Shown in pieces: positions 38,259-52,700 of a stretch of DNA of 64,000 nt. This DNA comes from Gordius albopunctatus (lineage: Eukaryota), in assembly GCA_964276515.1 (NCBI GenBank), contig OZ193910.1, positions 434,001 to 498,000 on the forward strand, read 5' to 3'. The notes beneath the pieces are model-generated. The model was not told where the DNA came from. It did not search any database and worked only from the letters and a program-made list of their open reading frames with translations. The number at the start of each line of letters is the position of its first letter. Position 1 is the first letter of the stretch. The position numbers and the translations under genes were made by a program.

Positions 38259-41200
38259 ATAGCCGTTTGAGTCCTTGTCGGTTTCGGAGTCTTGCCACAC
38301 CTGCACTAAACATACCAATAAATCTTCATTGATTGTCTAATGATTCCAAAAAGTGTTGATATATCGATAAATATTTTATATACCCCCGAAACTTATCCTA
38401 TTATTAATATGATCATCAATATAATTATTGCGATATCACCTATTTGTAGCCTATTTTTAACTATCTTTTAAATTTCTCATACATTTATTTAACGATGACA
38501 AAATGTTATGGTTCAATATAAATGTATTGTACATTTTTTATTTTTTGATCTTTTATATAATGGTAGAAAAAGGGTATGAGACCGGGGCTAGTTATAACCC
38601 AGGGCTATGACCATAAGACATCAAATCTATCTATAAGTGTATTTTATCACATAAGGTATAAGTGGAAAAAAATTTGTTTGGGAAATATAAAAAATCAAAA
38701 ACTTTGAAGATAAAACTGGTTCTTGAGGCTATTCTCGATTTTGCATCCACATTTTTTTGATTGTATATATACCTTATAAAGGGATACTTTTTCTATAAAA
38801 CGATCTAATAATTAAATTTTTTGCAATATAACATGTAAAATTATATTTTACAAAAATATACGTTCTTTTTCCCTTTAAAATATTCTTAAAACTATCTTTG
38901 ATACATATTTCTTATAAAAATATAACACAAAAATATATTGAGCATAGCCAAGGGAGGCAATAAGGTAGAGTTACCCCTTCCCTTTAGCCATGGGCGCCAG
39001 CATTGGAATTAGAGGGGGCAATAATGATCTAGGGAGGGGCAAGATGATCATTTTTTGAAATTTTAGCAAGCATAATTTGGATAAATCTCAACAAATTTTT
39101 GTATTTAAACCCCCTCTTGGCTATGCCCATTTAGCTATTATATCTATACATAAAGTGTTATTAAGAAAAGAAAAATGTTTTTTGTTTAGTGTTCCCCGAA
39201 AGCACAAAGTGCTGTTAACGTGCATAAAAACGTGTGTCAGAGTTCAGAAAAAAAGATCCTTGATTTAGCGTTACTAAAACGTTAAGTCAATATTTGACCA
39301 GGGGTAGGTAGCAAGGGTACTTTGTCCCCATACCTATACTCTAGGTTTAACCTGTAATTCTAGGGATTTTTGCCCCCTTCCCGTTACGGCTTATTAATTT
39401 CAAGAGGCGTCCCGAAAAGATTTCACGGCAAATTAGTAAAATGGTTCCGTAATTGGAGCTTAAATTTAGATTGAAAATGGGTTAGAATATTTAAAACAAC
39501 TATAATATTTCTTTCTGAAATATAATAATTATGGATCGTTCGTTTAAAAGAAGCATATGCATAAATCTTTTTAATCTTATAAGAGCAGGAGATTATAAAT
39601 AAGCTGTAAAATAGAAATAAAATATGTATTTATTATAAAATTAAATTGCAAACTATTCCATGAACTATTAAGGACTTTGATTAGAAAGTAGCCTGACATC
39701 TTTTCGCAACTAAATTTTACCTTTAAAATTAATTTTAAGAATTCCAGCAAGAATAATTATGATTAGTAGATAATTAAAAGTATACAATATATTCTGCTAA
39801 GATTTAATCAAATAATTTTGTAATGCAATTTTATTACCTTGAAAATCTCAAACTTTTATTAAACTTGTTTCAAAAAATTTAATATTTTTGGATTATATAA
39901 AGTTTCAATTGTTACTCAATATAATATCTTACAATCCTACGCAAAAAATAAGGTGCTGGCGTGTAAAAAGCTAAATTAAGGATCCCTGAGCCAACATTAT
40001 TTTTCGTAGAGTCAAGTTATTAATTTATTGCTGACTAAGGAAAAAAGATTTTATTGCTGACTAAGGATGACTCCAGGCAGGTATTCGGACTGGCCCATCA
40101 AGCCCCACCCGGGCTCTACCCTACAACCTCTCTAGCCGGGTTGGGTATGGGGCAACCGGAGCAAGTCTTTAGTTATAAACGAAAGTCGCCAAACATGAAA
40201 AGTTTTTATCGTCAAAGAGTTAAGGTAGTAGACATAGAGTCTCGTTCGGTTTTATTCAATGTTTCAAGAGTGGATACCTTATTATAATTCAGTTTTTTCA
40301 CGCCAATCATTCGTTTTAAGTGAAAGTAATTAAGGGTTTTTCTTCTTTTGAATTGCTACGACTCTCTAACTTCAAGTGCCACCCTCAAAAATGAGTTTTA
40401 CAAAGGAAGGTGGCTGCTGCTTTTCTTCACTTTTAAACAAAAAATATATAGACTTTTGGTCTTCAAGAGATTCCCTCTTTCATGTATATTAAAATAAAGA
40501 ACATGAAAGGTATCATCATCATCATATCACTTACATAATGTGAGAGAATTAGCTATTAAGTGCTTGTATAAGATAAATATATGACAAAGAAAATGTTTTA
40601 CCCTCTAACTTTGTTCCTATTGTATACACTGTATAACAAGGAGTAACATTGGTGACACAAAGTCTACTACCTCATCATCATATACAATATCAATTTTTTT
40701 TACATGTTTAATAATAAATTTTATATATTGTCATAATACAATGATAAAGTGGGCGTACCCTCACCCCTTAATTTTTATTTTTACATATTTAATAAAATAA
40801 GCGATAGATTTAAAGAATCGAGAGATTCGGATAAGGCTAGTTAAAGGGCAAAATACAAATATTTGTTTTTCTAACTTGAAAAAGGTGTATTTCGGGAAAA
40901 AACTTTAAATTGATTGACGTGAAAAAACTGAGATGGTTTTTGAAACTTTGTTGACTTTTCCCCCATTGTTTTAGATGGTCGGTGCCCGGTGCGACTAAAC
41001 AAACACACCTTAGCCACATTAGCAATTGATTAATTAATTCTCCAGAACACCTCAATGTTTAGCTGTATTTATTTAATAAACTTCTTGCAACACATAAAAA
41101 TTTTTTTTTCCTGGTAATTTCCTCAAAAAATGTTGTGTAAATAAACCCTTTAAATTGTGATTTTTTTAATTTCACATTGTCTCGAATTGTCCAAGTCAAT

Positions 41201-44200
41201 TACTATTATACCTTTCAAAATGCTAGTTAAAACCTGATAATGACTTGCAATTTATTAAAATTATGGGGCTAAAATTTATAAAAATGTTCACTTTGCCCTC
41301 ACGAAATCATTATTGCCCCCCCCTCTAATTCCAACGCTGGCTACGCCCATAAGAGTATTCAAAGGGGGAGGGGCAGAAAAATCTTGTCACATATCGAATA
41401 AAATAAATTTGAATTAAAATATAAAAAAATTTGTTAAAATGAAGGACTGGCTGGCTAGGCACTAAACTCAGACCTAAATTAGAATCTAAGGGCCAATAGT
41501 TCTCCGCTATAACTTTTAAAAGAATGAAATCTACTTTAAAGATGGCCGAAGATATATTTTTGTTACAAAAGTTTTATTGTCACTGTTGGAAAAAGAGAAT
41601 TCTGTTATATACGTTGAAATTTAAAACCAGTGAACCCTTGCTAGTGCAGGGCGGTCAATAATGATTTAGGGGGGGGGGGCAAAGTCATAATTGTTAGTAA
41701 TTTTTGTCATAATTATATTAAATTTTAAATAATTTTTGGATTTAGAGGGTGGGGGGACAGTCGCCCCTTCTTGCCCCCCCCTCCCCCCCGGCACGCCCGT
41801 GATTGTCGCCTCATGCTCGGGGACTTTTGGACCAAGTGCGATTCACTTTTTAAAGATTTCCAAGAATTCTCCTAAACCGCCAAATAGTTTTGAAATCCCT
41901 GACCAATAGCTCTCCGCTTTTCGATGATGATAACTATGATGATGCCTTCGAACTCTAATACTGTCTCTGTTCTTTTAATGTTTATAACTTCAAATATATA
42001 AATAAGCTCGTTAAAATATTCATTGTTAACGAGTTTTAACGAATTTTAAGCTAACTCCTTTTTCGCCTACTTTTCTTTCATGGACAAACCCAGGCTTTGA
42101 TTAAAAGATTGGGGGGGGGGCGGGGTGTAAAATAGTGTTTATTTGCTTCCTCCTGAAATATCCCACCTTGATTTATCCATTATGCTTGTTTTTATATTTT
42201 TAATATTTACCTTTTACATTTTAAGTTAACTATTTAAGTTTCCTTTATCCAAAAAGAGTGTTAAAATTTAAATAAGGTCAATTAAGGAAGAAGGGTAGGG
42301 GTAGGGGGAATGGCCAATGAGTGTCATCTTTTTCGTAACAAAAAACATCACGATTCGTATAGATTGTTTAGATCTACAAAATTTCATTTAGGGAAATGGC
42401 ACACGCAAAAATTTTTACCGGGGCGGCGAGTCCTTTGATCTAGGTGGGTGGTCGAGACAAAAATTAACTTACCTGTGCTAATTTCGCGGTTTGGGGGGTA
42501 AGGGAAGGGCTACAGGTAAGCAAGTATAGAGGTGAAAACGAAAATTATAGCGCATACCTGTAAATTTGTCGTACCTCCATTCCTAACACTTAGGTCACAA
42601 CTCGTGCGCATGTAAAAATACAGGTAAAATCTCAGGTAAACCACAGGTAAAAGAGCAGGTAAAAAAATAAGTTGATCCCTTAATTTTGAAAATGCTAATT
42701 TTAATTTTAGTAGGGTTTTGATAAAAATATAACTTTGCCATTTTTAGGCCAACATATGAATTTAAAAATTTTAAACTTTATTAAACGGGTAAAAGTGGAA
42801 ATTTATCAAAATTTTAAAAAGTTTGAGCTAAATTATTGAATTTTTATATTTAATATAATTTTAGTACATTTGGTGCAAAAGTTTAGTTTGAAATGATATC
42901 TTTGACCCTTTATGTAATTTGATTAACATGTTTCCTCTAGAAGCGCAGGTATCACATAACACGTGACGCCATATACATTTAAAAATGAACCAAGTTTGAC
43001 CTTACAATGATGCATTGCCGTATTAAAAACCATTGATTTAATAAAATTCTATTTAAAAATCGATTATCTATATTAAATTTATATATTTTTTATTTTGTTT
43101 ATTAAAAAAAGCATTAAAAGTCTTGTTTTAGCGAGAGACTGATTTAAAGCATTGTTCATTAAAAAATCTTTCAAAGGGGAGTTTAAATATTTGAAGTGCA
43201 TATAATAATTTGTAAGATCAATCGAGGGGAGAGGGCTGCCCTGGTTTAAAGTAAAAATTAATCTTTTTTATTATATTAGGATTACCCTAGAGATCTTTAG
43301 TGATCATAGATTACTAGAGACGTATATATTCATAGAATATGGCTCAAATTTTGAAACTCATCCATTTATCCCTCTTTATTGGCTTAACCGAGGGAGGGGG
43401 TCTAAATCGAAAAATTTGTTAAAATTTATTAAAATTAAAATTTCAAAATATGATCATTCCTCCCTAAATTACTATTGCCCCCCCCCATGCCCTTCTTTAA
43501 CTCAAAAGAAAAAACTTGCATCAGCTCAAGAATGCGTATTAAATTTAAACCTGAGTCTGGCGTTAAGGCATTAGTTCTTAATCACCAATCACACATTAAA
43601 CTTTGTTAAAGGTGCTTTAAAAAAAGGTAAATGGAAAATTAAATATTTAATTTGATGATCAAACTGTTTTAAGAACCAAGTCAATGACTTTCATGATTTG
43701 CCGAGTTGAGATATGATTTTTACACATTCAAATATAATCTCAGTTTTCCCACTATACAAATATAGTAATTTGATGGGGCCTATGTACCTCTACGCCTTCT
43801 ATAGATCAATTTAATAGCTTGATCATTGCATTCTCATTGGTTAATTATGTCAATCACGTGGATAAGACGCCATATTAATTATTATTTTTAGGGCAAGATT
43901 TTTTACGCTTAGTTTTCAGTTTTTTCTCTAATGTTAAAAAATTGCATGCATACACTGGAAAAAGTATTTTACGTAAAGTTATAGTAATTATAAATTCAAA
44001 ATTTGTTTTTTATCTAAATTTTCAAAATTTTTAAATATTAAAAAAAATTAGGTTATTTAAAAAATATACAATATTTATCAACGACTCTTTTATATTAATT
44101 TTTGAAAATGGCCCAAACTAATTGTTTTTGATTTGAAATTCGTATAAACAGCTGCGCGTATGAATATCTAAATCGTCCAATCACATTCACCCCATCGACC

Positions 44201-46232
44201 GGGTAAAAGAAGCGAATCCATCCCAATCGTTTAATTCATTTAATCATCTATACTTGAAAATTAATATGGATTTGGGTAGCCATAGTAGATATATACAACC
44301 CAATACGTGTTTAATAATATAGAGTAATTAGGTTAGTGAACTAATTTATCGACCCATTTAATTATATTTTTTGATTTTTTGAGGGCAAGATAAGGAGTAG
44401 CAGGGCCATTAACATCTTAAAATTATTTAATAACTCTTTCTCAATTTATAATTCCGATAATTATAAAAATTAATTTTAAAATTGAAAATATATAACCTCA
44501 TTGCTATGAAATTAGAGCCGCGAACTTTATCAGGATTTAAAATAAAAGGTTTATAAAAAGAAATAGTTAGAGATTGCATTAGATCAGATAAAAGTTTAAA
44601 TATTTTAGTTTTTTATCTTTAGTTATAGTTGATATAAAAATAGTATTTTTCATAATTTTTAATTGATAAATAAAAGTTAAATTATGGTAGAGATAAATTT
44701 TTAAGAGAACAGTATAAATTTTTCTGACAAATAAGAATGGATAATACTAATGTCAATAATAATTGATTGATTGGTTCGAAAAAAAATATATTTTTGTAAT
44801 TACAAATTTTATTAAAATAATGACTAATTAACAAGCCTTATAAAAAAAACAAAATTAGACATTAAAGAAATACAATTCATTTATATATTATTTTAAATTT
44901 AAAATCACTATTTTTGACTTTACCTTTTATTAATTCCAATCCAAATGTAATTGAATAAAAAGTATTTAAAATATTAAACTTTTCTGATAAATTTTTGGCA
45001 AATGTATGAAAGCGACGAAGAAAAAATATTTTGTTTTATGGAAAAGTATATGTGGTAATAAGAAATTCATTATTATTTGTTAAACATACAAAGTTGTACA
45101 AATATTTGTTGTATATAGTTCCACACTTTTATTTGTCCACAATTTAATTTATAAAAATCTAATTTTATAAATTATGTTGATTAACTCATTTTTAATATAT
45201 ATAATATAATATTAAATTAAAAAATTTAAATTAAAAATCGCGAAAAATCACATGGCTTTTTTTCATTAAAAACAATATTTCTCTAATAATATGCTTTTTT
45301 CCCTCATCTGTTATCCTTTTTATAAATGATTTAATTTGACTTTAAATTAAAGACCTTAAGGAAAGATATTTTTGATATTTCAAAATTTCAAATTTAAAGT
45401 CTCACGTATTTTTATTGATTTTCTGTTTTAATCTGTACAAAATAATGACCCCTATTAACAGGTCAATAAGGCAATAAGTGGTTTTTTTAGATACTTTAAC
45501 ATATGCTATAATAAACTGAAGTGAGAGGACAGTTTCCGTGGGCATTTGACCTCACCTTATTTAAAAAAAACGTATTTATTAATAAATTAAATATATGAAA
45601 AATTAGTGTTTATCTATATATATAAAGTTGGCAATCAATAAAAAGCTAATAAATCATTCCAAATTGCTTTTATATTATTCACAAATAAATCATCGAAATG
45701 TACAAATAACCAATTTTTTAACATGTGTATCGGGGCATTATAATTTGTCTAGCAGTATGAACGTCTTATTTTCACAAAGTTTCAATAACGATATATCTAT
45801 CTATAATATAATTCAATAATTGTGGTCCTAAAAGATTTATGATAATTATATAAGTGTGTTTTTCTATAATTTTTGCCTCCGTTTTTAAGTTTATACGAGT
45901 TATATGTATATATATTAAGGAATATGGAAAATATATATACGATATAGCGCGGTGGATAGAGTATTAATATAACTACTATAGGATGCAGTAGAATATAGTA
46001 TTATTATAAAACGAAAACAATTGTAGGTCTGACCCGTAATTTTAAAGGTTCATGTATGAGCTTCTTTGGTATATTATATACATATACAATTATAGCGACG
46101 TTTTTGGGTTGATGTCGGGGCAATTTGTGACCTAGGGACATCTCAAGCCAAAATGCATCTTTCTTTGTGTATGTGTGGATTTGCTTCTGAGAATTTTATT
46201 GCTTTTTTAAATCTGAGTGAGGTTTTTGGTCA

Positions 46233-48725
46233 TTAGTAATTAACCGACCCCGAGTTTATTCTATCCAGCGATTCTTTGATATCGGGCGTAGAGGTGTGTG
46301 AACGCCTAGGAACGATTACGTTTTTATGGAGTGACGACCGAATTGATTCAGTGTTTTCACGCCAATCATCGCACTGGGCGGGTGCGTCGCTAGGTAGCCC
46401 ACCGATGGAAGAAGGTCTTCTTTGGGTGCTCATTTGAGATGGGTGGGGTGTAACCAGCTGATCGACCTCTGGGGGTGGGACTGGTGATGTGGAAGGGGCG
46501 GTTTGTCCGAGTTGTATATCGAAGTAGGAAGAGCAATCAGTTGTCACGTGGTTATTTGGGTCCTGAGTATATATTCCCATATCGTAAGGGGCACGGTATG
46601 ATGACCAATCACGTGACACATCTAGATGGTAGGCGGCTGGGTTAGGAGGAAGGGGGTGTTGGGACCCCTGATACACTTCGTGTGGGTTATAGTTTAAAGG
46701 TGAAGAATCCCCTAAGCCCATACCCCCCAATCCATGTAAATGAGGGCGAGCTATGATTGAATGGGGTGGATCTAGAAAATATTGAGCGGCTGTTGAGCCA
46801 TCTGGCAAACCGAATAATGGCTGACGAGCATTGACCGGACCTTGGAGCATTACGCTTTCCAAATAATTTTGGCCGAGAATCGAATTGTTGTTGTTGCTTA
46901 AAGACTCTGACATTTCTTTTCCTCCTAGATTATTAGGGTGTTGATCATTTCCGTTGCTACCATAGTAAAAGGTATCTTGGGGCTGCGCAGGGTAGTCTCT
47001 GAACCCATTGTGCATAGAAGCAGCAAATTGATCAGGGATACTCCTATCCCCATTACTAATTATATGGCCATTTTCTAGACTAGTATGAAGTGCATAGGCT
47101 ACACCACCTCCTGCATTATCATCTTCAGGACTACTTCCATCATAACCAGGCATCATGTCCAAATTACTACTGGTATTACTGTCATTACCCGAGGCATGAC
47201 TACCTCCTTGGTGTCCAGGTCCCCCTACGTGGCCTCCTACTATCTTGACCGCTTGTCTTAAAGTTTGCCTCCTGTCGCATTTAAACCTTTTTTGCCTTCT
47301 CAAATAGCACCCATTTTCAAACATGTTTCCACTGTCGGGATGAAGAGTCCAGAAACTACCTTTCCCCGGTTTTTCTGGAGTCCTGGGCACTTTAATGAAG
47401 CAATCGTTGAAGGAGAGACTATGCCTAATCGAATTTTGCCAGCGTTGTTGATTGGCACGATAGAAGGGGAATAAATCCATGATGAAAGAATAGATTTCGT
47501 TGAGAGTCATCATTTTAGAGGGGCAATTTTGGATGGCCATAGTTATCAAACTTATGTAACTGTAAGGTGGTTTAGCGTGCGTGTATGCCCTTTTATACGA
47601 TTTCGTATCTTTCACAATCTTATCCAGAGGCGATGAACAGACCGATCTCTCACCACATCCTACCCCTTCATCTTCGTCACCAGTTCTCGAATCACCTGCT
47701 CCATCATCCTCATGATTCGAAGTCACGTGATGTGTCCCTTGCTCGGGTGGACTCAAAGATGGGGGCGGTCGAGATGGTGTCAGCTGTTGTTGCGTATTCC
47801 CTCGAGGTGGCAAGAACAATGACCGGTTGTGATGGTGGTAATCGAGCTGATCACCGCCGCTGCAACCAATTTCTTCTGGTCGGGGTGAAATGGACCCGGG
47901 TGGAGGAGGGGCATAGTAATCACGTGCTTTTTCGTCACGTGATGAGTATCGCCCGTCGTTGTCGTCATCGGGTGTGGGGTGACGGAACATGGCATTCCCT
48001 CCATAGGGTGGGGGTAAGTATTGAGGAGGTGATGGAGCTGTGGGCGTGACCCAAGAGCCACTTTGGGCTATCATATGATCGGGGTTGTGGTCCACTAGGA
48101 AAGCGGAAGGATGTTTGTAACCGGTTCCAATTAAATCGCCAATCCCATTCAAATCCAGTCCAGAAGATGCAGTATTTTGATGATTCGGGGGGCTATAACT
48201 AGCCACTCCATTACCATATATCATATCACCGTAGAAGGATTTCCCGTTGAGAGCGTAGCCTAAAATACAAGAAAGATATTAATTAAAATCATGCTATTTA
48301 TCCTATATGCACAGAGTAAAAAGTTATATGATCAAGGAAGTAGCACTTAAGCATTAGCAGCTCGAATAGCTTAGTTAGTATCATGGGCATAGCGTAGCCA
48401 GAGGGGGGGGGGGCAGGGAGGGGCGGCTGCCCCCCTTTAAATTCAAAAATTTGTTAAAATTTATTAAATTATGACTATATTTTCAAAAATGTTCATTTTG
48501 CCCCTCATTCAAATGCTGGCTACACCAATGTTAGTATACACATTATTTCAGGATATTAGTATACATAAAATTGAAAAAATTCTCCGAAACCTTACTGATT
48601 GAAAGAAGTAATATAGTAATTGAAATAAGTGTACCCAAACTTGGACCAAGGGTCGATGGTTGATTGAAATGCGGGGAATGATGGAATGCATTAGCCGAAA
48701 TGCCGGGAAAATTGTTGTAATTCAT
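46233..48725 (-). CDS. FoxA: Forkhead box A transcription factor (FoxA/fork head/pha-4 class), two coding exons
   Basis: Forkhead domain with FoxA signature: [17 protein letters not shown]...[19 protein letters not shown]...[31 protein letters not shown]. Exon 2 is 48259-46233 after a ttttag acceptor. Exon 1 from ATG 48725 joins in phase 1 through either of two donors (~48635 or ~48596). Confidence 0.96.
48382..48530. mobile_element. MITE family B (~150-160 bp, ends CATGGGCGTAGC...GCTACGCCCATG) in the FoxA intron; other copies near 3323, 9662, 27306, 33200, 38942-39130, 41240-41350, 41645-41801, 49027-49172, 50098-50259, 54700-54861 and 55015
   Basis: Terminal inverted repeats and shared ggggggcagccgcccc and AT-rich cores. 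Direct repeat ttagtat flanks this copy, and cctcttct/catcttcc flank the 50098-50259 copy (7-8 bp, hAT-like). Confidence 0.85.
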
Positions 48726-49379
48726 AATGTGTGTCCGGTGTTTCTAAAGTAAAATAGTTATAAAATGAATGGTAAAACTTAATTAGATTTATAAGATGAC
48801 TTGTATGACAATTATAAAAACTGGTGCAAAATAATATCTTTTTAAATTACCAACCTAGAAATTATGTGACGACGTTAACGTTTCTATATAATATCAACAT
48901 TGGGTCTTAAAGATGATTTTTCGTTGTCGGGGTTAAGTCCCCTAAAAACTCCATTAAAAACGTCTAAATTCTGTTAGCCATAAGCAATTTTTCCTTTACG
49001 AAAACGTTTAAATATTAAAATCGTCATTATGGATCTAGCCAGGATTTAAATTAGGGAGGAAGATAATAAAAATTTTTGGTATTTTTAGCCATACATTAAA
49101 ATGAAAAAAGATTGAGATGTGGAGGGGGAGGGGGCAGATGCCCCTGCATGCCACCCCTTATCTACGCTTATGATCGCCTTTGCAGCAGTTAATACAAGAC
49201 CAAGCATCGATAAATAAATATTTGAACAAAATTCTTTCCCCCCTCCCTCACGGAGAGAGAGCTAAAATTGCCCCTTTAATCAAACCCCAGCACCGGGATA
49301 GAGGAGATATAATAAAAATCATAATATTTGTACATGTCGGAATTTTACGATGATAAACAACTCTTTGTAAAATAAAAAA

Positions 49380-49760
49380 TTTAAAATATTTATTTACCTC
49401 AAATTTTTGTGGAGGGGAAGAGGGATACCGATGCGAAATTAAATTAAAATAATTTTGGATCTCAATTGACGAGAAGTTTTAGAATGATTCCATAAACTCT
49501 TACAGCTGTTTTTTGAAGGGGTAAACAGTGTTTTGCAATTAATGGATTTCATACATAAAACAAAGTAGATTGTTCGTAACATATATTATATCATATAAAA
49601 GGCATAAAAACGCACCTTAAAACACTTGGCTATCCCCCCTCCCTTCCTAGCTCAGACCCCCCCCCCGTCTTCGTTAGATTTGATTGACGTTCATCAGCTT
49701 TTTCTCATTGGTTCCTCTATTATATATGTGTAAACGCGTGAGCATGTGTTATAATACATT
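49380..49760 (-). promoter_or_regulatory. Probable FoxA 5' non-coding exon and proximal promoter
   Basis: Minus-strand donor gag/gtaaat near 49397 and acceptor tttag near 48745 just before the ATG. CCAAT (attgg ~49707), TGACGT (~49685) and GA-rich tracts lie upstream. Confidence 0.4.
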
Positions 49761-52700
49761 TAGGGAACTCATCATCATGAACTTTTGTTTAGCCTAATGA
49801 ATAAATTGGGATATAATGGGTAATAAAACTTTGTTTTTACATCCTAACAATTTCAAAACATATAATAAAAAGGGGCAAAATTGAGATGAGAGCAAAATGA
49901 AACTTTGCGTATAAATAGCCCCTCTCTGTCAACTCCTCGCTACCATTCTTTTTTTAAAGTTGTCATATATGGGTTTCTTTGTGGAATTGCAATGGTTTTA
50001 AATTTAGTATATGCATATGGGTTTTAATTTTACGCGGGGGTCAGGTATTTATTTATATGACAATCTGGAGCGGGATGGGAGGAACTGTGCCTCTTCTCGT
50101 GGGCGTAGCGATCATTGGGGGGGGGGATAATGATTTAGGGGGCGGTAAAACGAACATTTTTCGAAATTTTAGCCTTAATTTTAATAATTTTTAACAAAAT
50201 TGGGATTTAGAGGGGGGCAGCCGCCCCTCCCTGCCGCCCCCCCCCCGGCTACGCCCATGCATCTTCCTCTATGGGAGACACTATAATTAGCGGAAAAATA
50301 GGATAAGCTTATAAAGTGATATAATTGACAGGTGTCAATCAATTAGAGATGTCAGAATTTGTTAGTGATCTCATACTAAATTTGTAGCGTTGATTTAATA
50401 AATTATTGATTTTCTGAGCCTAGTCAGATGGGGGCAGGAATCTCTCAGTTTATACATTAGATAATATAGGACGAAAATATTAATCTTTAAAAAACTTTCA
50501 CTGTTGTTTTGCCCCTCTTTAAATTAATAACAAAAAATTTGTTTAATAATAAAAACTGAAATATATATAACCCGTATATGTTTTGTAGGAAATGAAATTA
50601 AAAGTAATTAGTCTTTTTTTCACTCAAACCCCTTACTCTAAAGTTTAAATTGTTTTAAGGTAGGATAAATATTTAAACTCCTACCGTTCAATGAAACACG
50701 TGGAAGTAGTTAGAAGTGGCAGGGGCAGTACTCGCCCCCACCCCGCTTCCCCCCTGCCCATCCAAATATTGTTTTTTATAGAGCTAGATTATAGTTAAAT
50801 TTTGAAAAATTATCACCATTTTCCGCCCCCCGCCAAAATATATAAATTAGAATTGTGGTTAAAGCCATATTAAAACATATTTTTGAATCAGAAAAAAATA
50901 TTCTGTGTGAGTAAATATTGAATTAACTGTGTTTACAAAGTATAAACTATTTATGAAATCTTAAATCATGCCTGCTTTTTTCAAGATATTTCATGAATTG
51001 TTCCATATTCCTTAGAGAGATGCAAGTTAATATATTATTAATAAAATTATTAATTATCTTTCGTTTATATTACATATTAAAACATTATTATCTGCATTAA
51101 AATTAATACAAAATAACATTAAATTAGAACGAAATCACTTTTAGGTCACTTGGTAATTAATGAAATTTAACAAGTTAAGCCTAAATTAAAGAAAATTATT
51201 TTATGAAAACGAAATAAATTTTTGAAATAAGAGATATAATATATTAGTGGTATTAGAGATAAAATTTGAGCACGTTTAATTCCCCCCTTTTGCTATCCAT
51301 TGGTTTGGCTTAGACTTTCATAATTATTTTGATAGTTAGGAAACATCTTCAACCCTAGTTATTAATCAAATTATTTAACCATTTCTTTGAGCAAATGGAC
51401 AATACGATCTACTATAACTTTTAAATTTAGAACTAACTCTTATATTTTTAAAAAAAATAATATTATTATCAATACAACAATTAATAACAGGACAAAAAAG
51501 TTGACAATATACGATCAGATTTTATTCAAAGATTCCCTTTATAATTTCCAATCCTTAAAGATATTTCCTTTAAGAGAGGCGTGTATAATACCTAATATTA
51601 AAGCTAGACCAGAGAGATAATGGGACTAGGGGAGGCAGGGTGGGCAAATGCCCCCTTACCCAGATCTCAAATCTAAAAAATATTATGCGATAGTTTAAAT
51701 TAAATTTGGAAAAAATAATAATTTACCTTTCATTAAACTCTATTCTATTCTTACATAAACTATTATACTTAATTATATTGTAAAAATAGCCTAAATTTTA
51801 AAATTGACTTTATTTTGAAATTTGTTATGGCATCAATAATTTAATATTTATTTTTGAAAGATAGAGTAGATAATTTAATGCTGATTTTTAGTTTATATAT
51901 TTGTAAATAAAATCTATGCCCTTTTTTCATTGATTTTAAACTTTTTATAAAAAAATTTATGTTATAATATATTAAAATTTAATTAATTTTAAAATAAAAA
52001 CTTCAACATATTATATTTAAAATAAATTAATAACCAATCACCTCTACACATATATATATATATTAGATATATATTGGATAAATACTTACGTTAAGTAGAA
52101 TTTGATTTTCCACTAATTTAACCAACTGTGTAAAGAAACATTTTGAAAAATAATATTTTGATTTTAGGAATCCTTTCAAAATAAGCAGCACGTGGATATA
52201 GGGCTGCCCGACGTCAACTGATTTATCATTACTAATTAAACAAATATTTATTGATTGGGCCTTTTCCACCTTGACTCGTGCCTTTATGCTTTTCCCCATA
52301 ATATTTGGTTTAAATTCAAAAAGAAGCGCCATCTAATACTGATTGGCAGGGGGGCAGGACGCAGGGGTAATAAGTACCCCCCCCCCTCTTCTCTGGAACC
52401 AGCCAATATTTTGTATACTTTGGCAAGGTAAAAATTGCCAGGCCTGACATGGCAATTACACGTTCCAATTCATACGGAATATTAAGTCACAACTTTACTT
52501 GATTGAATTTGAAAAACTTTGTTGTATTGTTGTAAAAACTGCTGGTGCATTTGTTTGTCCGACCTTTGGTTTTAGTCCACTAAACATGAGCGAACCCAAG
52601 GTTTTTTGGTCTCTGTTTTTCTTGTTCGACCTCTAGGCTTAGTCGAAATTTGAAAAAGGAGACCAGAGTGGAGCGTTAGTCATAGTTAAACTAAAGATCG

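Noticed and set aside
47265..48061. Overlapping ORFs of 69-154 aa in other frames of FoxA
   Set aside because: Shadow ORFs expected in GC-rich coding sequence; no motifs.
49515..49530. GTAAACA forkhead site suggesting FoxA autoregulation
   Set aside because: A single 7-mer in very AT-rich DNA is expected by chance.
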